Positions 12,401 through 20,000 of a stretch of 20,000 nucleotides of DNA are shown here, piece by piece. The notes under the pieces are model-generated. The model saw only the letters and a program-made list of their open reading frames with translations, was not told the origin of the DNA and did no database searches. The stretch comes from Folioceros fuciformis. Its lineage: Eukaryota. Within the stretch, counting starts at the first letter, position 1; each line of letters opens with the position of its first letter. A program made the position numbers and the translations under genes. Where the stretch lies: NCBI GenBank assembly GCA_049999805.1, contig JBNGIO010006282.1, positions 183,264 through 203,263 of the forward strand, read 5' to 3'.

Positions 12401-14791
12401 AGATTGAACCAAGAAAATGTTACAAAAAAATCATCCTATCTTCGATATCACCAAGAGAACTTGCCTCCATTGAATTATTGTGTCACTTTCGAGTTCTCGG
12501 TCAAGCTCTTGTATCTCAGTGTTATCATCACATGTAGTCCGATCTGGCTGGGCTTGGAGGCAGGAAACATAAACTGATAGGTAACGTTTTCGCAAACAAG
12601 CAACCCGCAAAACATCTGGCCAGGACAACAGACCCCTGCAGATTCAAAATGGTGTCAAACAACGGAACTCCTCAGAAACACTGAATACTGCAGCAGACGG
12701 TTTAACATCAGCCTAATTAGGACCAGATGCCAGCTGAAAAAAAGATCACAACCTTGCTCGTTTTTGTTGCTCAGCCACAGCTTTGAAGGCATAATTCCAC
12801 CAGGCCATTCTGTCTTCCCTGACAGTGGTCTTCGGTCGGAAATGGGCATATTGCACACGCTTACTGAAAGCAGTTATATTCTCCGCAAGCTTCAAGCCAT
12901 CTCGATATTGTGTCTGCAAATTAAGGCATATACATGACAGAATGAGGCAGACTTAGAAACTGCAGACAAATTCCTAACTACACAATGATCACCAGCAAGC
13001 TGCAATCAGTCACATAACTGTAAGACACACACCAGAGTATCAGTAATCTGTAAAAAAGTCCCACCTCTGAGAGATTTAAGGTCACATCATCTAAAGTCAC
13101 TTCTGCCTTCTGCACTGGTTTGTCAGGGGCTCTCTTATCCCTGCTCCCCAATTTGTAATATCTTGCAGTCCCTGCAACTGGTTGGAGGAGGTAGTGGTGG
13201 TCAACCCTGTCTTTGCGCTTGGCTAGAGTACCAATTCCATTTGTTTGGTACGGTTGTAGCTTGATACTTGGCTCGAAAATCTGCACACGAAAGCAACTCT
13301 TAGAAACTCGTAGGCACCCAATTCCGAAACCTGAACAACCTCAGAAATCCTTATTGAGAATCCCACCTCACTCCATTCTCCTGCCGAGAGTTCAGCCCAG
13401 GGCTTTTTCGGTTGCCAAGGAGGAGTATCAGGGTCGAAATAGAAAGCCAGCCGTTGAAGCTCCCCAGACTGCACAACCCACGTCACATTAGGCCTGCGAG
13501 AACGTGCAGCTACCATACGGACAGACTATACTTTGATCAACCACCTCGTACTGAGCCCGACCTTTTGCACCCGATCTAATGCTCCACCAGTAACAAAGGT
13601 CTCTTTCCCATTCTCATCTACTGTCACAGCCGCAAGCTTCTCCAAAGTAATCCCAGCGGCAAAAGGATGTCCAGGGTTGCTGAAAAGAAAGGCCAATACC
13701 GATACATGAGACTGGGCGCCCTTCCCACGCCAGCTATGCAGCTAATCAACCATTACACCCACGGTTTACCCATAATGCAAAGGCCGATCCTAGATGTCTT
13801 ACCTTTCACTGTCTTCATACCGAATGTGAATATTCGTTATAGACAGCTTCAGGTTACCAATAATCGTGCTTATGAGAGACTCCATCCACGAACTATTCTG
13901 CAGACAGCAGAGCCTAAAGTCAGATCCTACACACTGTGCAAGGTTCGCAAGAAAGATGTACTGTACTCAACCCTGCAGACGTCAAAAAACTTTCGGAGAA
14001 AGAACAAGAAAATGACAAAGGTGAGGTAACACCACCACTTCAGCCTTTGTAGAATTTTCCTGTCGCTGTGCCTCCACATACTTCGTTTCAGCCTCCTGCA
14101 GCTCCCCAGCAACAGCAGCCACAATTTGAGCGAAGAATCGGAAGCACCCCGAAATCAGAAGCTCACACTTCCCAATTCAAGGACACCATCTGGGAGACAG
14201 TCACCATCTGGGAGACAGTCACACTGCTGCATTACCTTGACTTGCTGAGTTTTGGCCTTTTGCACAGCCTCGTCATCACCACCCTCAATATTTGTTGCAG
14301 GTTCTGCCACAAGAAATATCCGATCTAGAAACACAACGACAGGCTCCTGACCAAGCCGGCTCCATGGAACCTTCATATACCAGGAACAAGTAAAAGAATC
14401 CACGATTCAGCACAAAGTGGTGAATAAATTTTCAGCACCCAGACTGTTGACACTGCCCGAAACCAGCCATCACTCATCCAACAGAGGACCATTCTACCAA
14501 CCTTCAGCTTCACTGAGCCTAAAAAACCAGCTTTCACTTTGATCGGTAGCTTCAAAGCATTCAATGCCTCGGGCTTGAGCTGCATATTCGTGAGTTCCAC
14601 ATTTCCTGAAAGACCAATGAGAGCAAGGCATCAATCACTGAGCACAAGAAACCCTAGACCAGAGGCCAGCAGGGAATCGACCAGGATTCCGCACCTTGCC
14701 ACACGCTGATCTTCAACGCCTCCTTGGACAAGCCCTTAATATAATCACCAAGGTACTTCTCCAGGTAAGTGGCAGCTACTTCCTCCAACAT
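1..14791 (-). CDS. VPS13: Vacuolar protein sorting-associated protein 13, plant VPS13M type (PH/C2-containing, Arabidopsis At4g17140/At1g48090-like); 3' end lies outside the window
   Basis: Starts ATG 14791, MLEEVAATYLEKYLGDYIKGLSKEALKISVWQGNVELTNMQLKPEALNALKLPIKVKAGFLGSVKLKVPWSRLGQEPVVVFLDRIF (Chorein-N). Hand-traced exons, phases consistent throughout: 14695-14791, 14502-14605, 14236-14370, ~14033-14095, 13803-13897, 13562-13679, 13367-13468, 13065-13280, 12753-12913, 12465-12635, 12285-12374, 11881-12205, 11623-11727, 11446-11541, 11241-11308, 10987-11116, 10712-10897, 10388-10594, 10191-10300, 9908-10004, 9721-9819, 9427-9600, 9237-9311, 8591-9127, 8100-8462, 7801-7932, 7570-7683, 7227-7411, 7016-7124, 6767-6910, 6360-6665, 5368-6012, 5055-5261, 4788-4882, 4320-4612, 4148-4235, 3764-4075, 3297-3659, 2847-3180, 2576-2734, 2317-2480, 2013-2196, 1641-1907, 1337-1543, 1201-1243, 917-1065, 295-831, <1-177. 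No internal stop seen. All introns GT-AG except intron 10 (GC-AG). Family assignment from recalled similarity, not a search. Confidence 0.95.
917..1700 (-). other. VPS13: C2 domain region of VPS13M (end of exon 43 to exon 46)
   Basis: LFVALRIGEAELP...QSARTQ...VTWDEVFVFEI...EILVVDLAKGAAVGFCSIPL matches the C2 pattern (RT..W-x-E-x-F-x-F..V-x-D..VG...PL). Confidence 0.75.
2847..4235 (-). other. VPS13: Vps62-like (DUF946-type) repeat region of VPS13M (exons 36-39)
   Basis: Four W-x-P-x-x-P-x-G-x-x-x-x-G units: IAFWRPRAPPGFAVLGD, CVWLPIPPPGFLPLGCV, VSVWRPIAPIGCATCGD, VSFWYPVAPPGYVSLGCV. Confidence 0.8.
9721..10594 (-). other. VPS13: Pleckstrin homology (PH) domain region of VPS13M (exons 18-21)
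   Basis: PWEPADFEGSVAVLAWKGVGHREAVWQHRYAALAGPFLYLLE ... ALLLRLDDDEAFNSWQSR: W-x-x-R-Y strand plus C-terminal helix with the conserved Trp, typical of PH domains. Confidence 0.8.
12375..12464 (-). other. GC-AG intron (intron 10 of VPS13)
   Basis: Exon ends CAA TGG AG, followed by gcaagt; acceptor ttgcag|G ATT TTG GCC CAT. Splicing restores the conserved IIQWRILAH. Confidence 0.85.
13562..14791 (-). other. VPS13: VPS13 N-terminal Chorein-N region (exons 1-6)
   Basis: LKISVWQG, LKLPIKVKAGFLGSVKLKVPW, IIGNLKLSITNIHIRYED, HPFAAGITLEKLAAVTVD are hallmark VPS13 N-terminal motifs. Confidence 0.9.
14184..14219. repeat. Perfect 18-bp tandem duplication (CACCATCTGGGAGACAGT x2) in intron 3
   Basis: Read directly from the sequence. 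Confidence 0.95.
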
Positions 14792-15438
14792 GGTGCCAGA
14801 ATTCAGTCACACCCCACAGCAGCTCCCAATCTAAACCCACATTCCCTGCAGACCCACAAAAAATTCCCCGTCCCCTACACCCCCAATCCTGAAATTCCTC
14901 CCCGAACACCCCAATCCTACAGCCCACAAAACACAACCCGATCCTCCAGTCCCCAGATCGACCCCGGCAGCTGCAGACTGCCTTCTGGCGCCCTGCCCGC
15001 ATCCAATTTCATCCCTGCAGCCCTGGATGCGCCTCCTCCTCCCACCAAAACGCGGGTCTCCGGTGCCTGGAGCGAGTCGGGTTCCCTGCCTCCCGAGTCC
15101 ACAGCACCCACCACCTGCTCAGCGTGCAGGGAGCCTAGCTGGCCAGTTTTTCCTCAGCTCCCGATGGCAATGGGGAAGCGAGATGCAGAAGAGGCGAGAG
15201 TCCACGAAGGCGAATTCACCTGCCAGTCTACCTTCATCCCATTCCAGTCCACTGCATTCCCACAGCTCAAAAAGGATACGACACCTCCAACTCCAAGTTT
15301 TCCTCCTGCCTTAAACCTCCTCCCGGTCCTGCAAGTAAAACCCAGGTCTTAAAAGTCACGGTGTCTCATTCCCCTTCACCTGCAGCTCTGCCATTCGCTG
15401 GCCAGTATGCGCTTTGGGACACCCACGCCAGATGGACA

Positions 15439-15485
15439 ACACGTGGTACCTGAAACCTGCCTTTGCATGGCCTGCAACCACGTGT
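15439..15485. promoter_or_regulatory. Two G-boxes (CACGTG) forming a 9-bp inverted pair in the divergent intergenic region
   Basis: ACACGTGGT at 15439-15447 and its reverse complement ACCACGTGT at 15477-15485. Function is not demonstrated. Confidence 0.35.
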
Positions 15486-16249
15486 ATAGATGGCAACATT
15501 TGGCTGCCTGGGACCTGGCTGCCTGGCACGCTGCTGTGGTGTTGCATTATTTTATTTTAATACCACCCGATTTTTCAAATGGTCTGTCGTGTCCACATCC
15601 AACTTGCTTCGAAACCTGGTTATTTCTGCTTCTCAGTCTTGCATAGTCTACACAGGTGGAAGCTCTTCGTTGATCGGTGATTTGGATTGCCTGTAAAAAA
15701 ACACTCGCGTGTCTTGTCTTCTGTTGACATTAAGGAACAAAGCTCATTACTGTGAGCCGCGGAGCACGCACCGGAGTCTGCGGGATGCTGCAGCTTGTCA
15801 GGCAGGTGTGTGGGGAAGATTCGATTTCCCTCATTCTCAGTGTTTGATTGGACCCCGGGGCAGAATTGGAGACGTGAAGCACAGGGAAGGGTGTCCGATG
15901 TGGCCAGGGATTGTAGGCGGTTGATGATGCAGGTGCGTTGCGCTGAAGAGGAGCTTATAAATTTCGAAGCAAGACAGTGCCTGCGATTGGCTGAACGTTA
16001 TGCGCTTCAGACTCTCCTGAGGCGCCAACTGGAGACCTCTGGTATAGGCAGACTGCTGGCCGTTGAGACCCGAGCTCGCAACACTTCCTCGGGTCAGTAG
16101 ATCGTCGAGCTCACGGCTTGATGACGACTTCACGGGTTGCCTCACTCGTGCAGAATGAGGTGACATCGGTTTGGAGATTGCGCTCTGGAACTGAGGTTTG
16201 GATCACAGGGAAAATGCGTGAGCCCGCTCTATATGGAATTGGCCACGAG

Positions 16250-17856
16250 GAGAGATATGGACACGCCAGATGGGAAACTTTCCCCCTGAAGCATTTACGG
16301 AAAGAATTCGAGATTGCCTGGTACGGTTGAAGCAACAGTGAATCACAGGCGGCGTTTGTCTCCAGCTTTCCAGCTGTTTGTCATGCAGGACCTTATTCAG
16401 CGCGCCTCACGCAGTTTGCTTACCTTGAGTATCATGAAGGATGTGTGAATGCCGTGCATTTCAGTCCAAACGGCGACTTGCTTGTCTCAGAATCGGATGA
16501 TAGGGACATTGTAGTTAGGCATTGGTGTGCAAGGTCGAAGAGGCTGCGCTATGACTCGGGCCCTGACAGCAATGTCTTTCAGATGAAAATCATGCCATTC
16601 TCGGATGAATGAAATGCTATCAGCTGTGGCGTAGATGGCCAGGTACTGGTTAAGATTCGTGGTTTTCCCATCAGGTGTTACTGTAGTTGTACCACCTTGC
16701 TTACGAGGCAACCGGCTTTCCTGATCTGACTTTGTTTCGCTTGCCTTTGCTGAAACTTAGTTTTTTGATCTGGCGGCACGTTTCCAGTTGGATTTACGAG
16801 AGAGCAAGACTACGAAGCTGTTAACTTTGTGACGCCAGGATAAACGACATCCGTAGAGTGGATGTGGATGCATCTAGTTCCGAAGACAAACCAGTTGAAG
16901 TGTTTGCTCCACCTTATTTAGTTGGAGACGGTGCTGGAGGGGTTGTAGTCATAATGATTCGTGGCATAATCTTTGCAACAGGGGGCTCGTGATCTCTTAT
17001 ATTGATGGGCAAATATTCCTGTTTGACAATAAAATGGGTCTGGACCTAAAATTCCAAAGCCTTCATCTGAGGTGAATAGAAGTGAGCCGGAGAAACCTGC
17101 TCCCCAAGTGTACGAATTTCATCGGAACTACGATAAGATCAAAGGTGTGAACTTCTTTGGTCCAGCCAGAAAGTATGTTATCAGTGGTTCTGAATGTGGA
17201 TGCACATTTGGAAGAATGGAGAACAACTGGCCCGAATGATGCCAGGTGATAGTCACTCGGTTAACTGCCTGGAACCTCATTCTTTTGCTATCATTCTTGC
17301 CACGAGTCACGAGTCTGAGAAACAAGTCAAAGTGTGGGCTCCTACTTCTCTGAAGAGATTCAGTCACTTCTCGCAGATCCAGAACAGGTAAGCTCTTGTT
17401 TCTGTGTGATTGAGTGGACAATGTCTTGTAGAGGCCCTGTACTGGAAATCTGATGCTCCACAACAAAGGAAGTGGTTAGTTGCATGATGGAACAATCTAT
17501 TTATCGCTTTATTCCCTCTGCACGAGATGGCGGTGAACAGGCGTCGAAGGGATGATCGGAGCCACATCTCCTGCCTGAAACCGTCAGATGTGATCACGCA
17601 TGTCTTGGGTCTTGAGTACCGGCAAGCACAATGTGACATGGAAGAACGGATTTACTCTCAAATGGAATATGAGGTGGAGGAGGATGACTTTCTGAGCAAC
17701 TTCTACGAGGACAAGGACTCTTTTGATGAAGGTAGTAGCCATGTACGTCTACGCGATTGCATTAAACGTTTAGGAACACTGGAAGTCTATACATGGCTGT
17801 TGCCCATGTGCTGCCGGCTGCAGGATGATACCCCTTCGTCAATTTCAGGGCAATAG
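16250..17856 (+). pseudogene. DCAF8: DDB1- and CUL4-associated factor 8 (DCAF8/WDR42A)-like WD40 pseudogene, unprocessed
   Basis: Fragments in order: EIWTRQMGNFPPEAFTERIRDCL|gtacgg (donor 16321); cag|DLIQR(frameshift)LTQFAYLEYHEGCVNAVHFSPNGDLLVSESDDRDIV...YDSGPDSNVFQMKIMPFSDE*NAISCGVDGQ|gtactg (16389-16642); LDLRESKTTKLLTL* (from 16788); DKPVEVFAPPYLVG; LVISYIDGQIFLFDNKMGL; PQVYEFHRNYDKIKGVNFFGPARKYVISGSECG(frameshift)HIWK...GDSHSVNCLEPH...KVWAP (17102-17387); and a C-terminal SDVITHVLGLEYRQ resembling plant DCAF8 PDVIMHVLRLQRRQ. Stops at 16610-16612 and 16830-16832. Confidence 0.85.
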
Positions 17857-19504
17857 TCATGACACAGTGGTGGCGATGGTGTGGCTATGCCACACCAATC
17901 TATGCCTCGGTTAGTACCGGATGTTGTTCGTTGCAGACGGTAGGGAAATGCTCTTGGATTGGGAAATTGGAATTGAGGACCTGATCTGGTAGGTAAGCAA
18001 GTAAAATGATGACGCACTTTGTGTCGAGAGAAGGGCCGCTTTGAGCCACTGTGAACAACTCAGAGGGTCGAGGATGTAACCCAGTTCGACAAGGCATGTG
18101 AATATGGCAAACAAAATGTGTTGGATAGGCAGGAAGGTGCAAGCCTGCGAGCGGCAGCCCCTTCTGTTGGGGTGAAGTCACACCACAGAAGCCAGAAGGT
18201 GGCTTGTTTCATGTGTAGTCTGGTCACCTAGGCCGTGTCCATGTGGAGTACAGATGTGTACTGCTTTTCCTTGAAGTCTGATGAAACGTGCGATGGTAAT
18301 CTCGCTATTACGTGCTGCTGTAGACTATTGTCGTTGAACGTCCTCATTTTTCTTGCACGTGGTTGGCAGAAGGCACTGTGTTGTTTGTGTGCCTTGACAG
18401 GTACTGTTGCATGTGTTGTGCGAGGCCAAACAGGTATCTTGGAGTCCGGTCCTGTCCGTCTTAGTCTCAGTCACACGTAGTGCGCAGGGGCTGTTCCTCA
18501 TAACAGGGACTTGTGAGGAATATGAGGAGTGGTACTGCGGTGGCAGCGGCATCTGGAAGGGGAGTGAAAGTGATGCTGTGGGGAGCATGAAGAAGGAGTC
18601 AGAATGACAATGCTGGTGCGTGCACTTGTCTAGAGCCTTGGAAATACGGTATGGGCCCAGCTGATCCTCAACTAGGGGAGGAGCTTGAAGCAAGAATGGA
18701 AGTGGCTTGGGACGTCCTTGCGCAACAACAGGTCGCCAAAACACCAGCATAGTAACGCAGGTAGCAAGGTCAAGAAGCCGGTAGGTGGGTGCGACGTACC
18801 CGTTTGTAAGATACTGGCAGGCCCTGTTGATATTTGCTTTTTACATCCCCGTTGGCTGTAGCCTGGCAGCCCGGACGTCAGCCGAGCCTGCCACAGCCAC
18901 TGATTCCTCTCGGTCAGAGCGCGTGACACTGCCCGTCACGCACGCTCGCACTTGCCTAAGACGATTTTATAATTGGAAGACCTGTTCTTTGTGGATTTAC
19001 ACACTTTAGTTACGGTTTTAGCTGACAAGTTGGTGTGTGGAGAGTGTGTATACTGGTTCTGGCAATGGCAGGGTTCATTATCTCCATGTGTACATCCGTT
19101 TAGTGAACGCCTTTTTCTGTGTGCGGCTCTCACACCTGCATGTGTGCTCGCTGAATTTACCAGTACGGACGCATTTTTCTGTGCGCGGGCCTGGCCTGCC
19201 CTCTATGTTTGCTGAATTCTCTACATGCGATGCGTTATGAATGGACGGGAATGGAACTTGAGGTGGGTTTTCATGTGCATGTACGTTCACTGGATTTACT
19301 GATACGCCAAAAGTATTATTGTGACAGGATGGATTTACACCCTCATTTTTGTGGTTTGGTTTGCTCGCCGAGTTCACTGACACACATGTACATGTACTGG
19401 TTATGCCGTACTGTTCAAACATACATTTGTAGGTATGTATTGTGACAACAGGAGCAGGTGAAACGCACCTGGTATCATGGATGCAATTCAATCCTCCAAC
19501 CTAC

Positions 19505-19550
19505 GGATGGATGGATGGATGGATGGATGGATTGATGGATGGATGGATGG
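19505..19550. repeat. (GGAT)n tetranucleotide microsatellite, 11 units with one TGAT variant
   Basis: Read directly from the sequence. Confidence 0.95.
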
Positions 19551-19605
19551 GTAGACCTCGGAGGGGCATTCATCCGGGATCCGGAGCCGGATCCGGGGGA
19601 TGGAT

Positions 19606-19606
<1 letters not shown>

Positions 19607-19642
<36 letters not shown>
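19607..19642. repeat. (AGC)12 / CAG trinucleotide microsatellite
   Basis: Read directly from the sequence. Confidence 0.95.
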
Positions 19643-20000
19643 TTTCAGCCTGCAGCCTGTAGCCTGCAGGCTTTGCGGTTGAGCACGATGATGCCACATA
19701 ACTCCGGAGTGGAGGGGACGGTGGGATGAGTGTGGAGTAGGTACAAATGTTGACAGCACAAGGCATCACACGGGCATTTTCCAGATGTTGGGTGATTCCA
19801 CTAGCATGTACGGGTCATGCATCTAGATGAGTGCATCGAAATAGTGGTGTGGCGGTCCACAGGTGCGTTACAGTCGATGCAGTGTCGCAAGCGGCTCAAG
19901 CGTCCGGGCTGATTCGGGGCCGCTGCAACAGACGCAGCTAGCTGGCTGGCTTAGAGCTTCAGCAGGGCGGCTCTCGGGGAACAATAGGCAGGGGCAGGGG

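Noticed and set aside
365..14328. Numerous plus-strand ORFs across the VPS13 gene
   Set aside because: Antisense shadows of VPS13 exons with no independent homology.
280..14600. Minus-strand ORFs read as a multi-gene operon
   Set aside because: They are exons of one gene, bounded by splice sites with consistent phases.
1..14791. U12-type (minor spliceosome) introns
   Set aside because: No RTATCCTT donor was seen at any traced junction.
14696..15352. 218-aa Pro/Ser-rich plus-strand ORF antisense to VPS13 exon 1 and its 5' region
   Set aside because: Starts at TTG rather than ATG, has no recognisable domain, and its openness is explained by the C-rich, stop-poor composition.
16610..16612. 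TGA stop rescued by U-to-C RNA editing or read-through
   Set aside because: Plant U-to-C editing is organellar, and this nuclear locus also has frameshifts and deletions. CpG deamination is the simpler explanation.
19442..19769. ORFs with poly-Ser, poly-Ala, poly-Cys and WMDG/HPSI repeats
   Set aside because: Translation artefacts of the GGAT and CAG microsatellites.
1..20000. CRISPR array, tRNA/rRNA genes or an intact transposon
   Set aside because: No repeat-spacer periodicity, RNA gene signature, transposase or reverse transcriptase motif, LTR or TIR pair was recognised.

Overview
Eukaryotic nuclear DNA from a land plant. The compact, mostly 80-200 bp introns suggest a non-seed plant, possibly a hornwort (inference). 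Positions 1-14791 (minus strand) hold the 5' part of a plant VPS13M-type bridge-like lipid-transfer gene. I traced 48 exons by hand from the ATG at 14791, in one continuous frame of about 3,045 aa that runs off the window at position 1. Domains in order: Chorein-N, PH, tandem FFAT-like motifs, Vps62-like repeats, C2, DysF/peroxin. One intron is GC-AG. Divergently oriented on the plus strand (~16250-17856) is a decayed, intron-retaining DCAF8/WDR42A-like WD40 pseudogene with frameshifts, stops and internal deletions. The last ~2 kb is unassigned, with degenerate repeats and GGAT and CAG microsatellites. I found no convincing new biological system; the best leads are motif, splicing and regulatory details.
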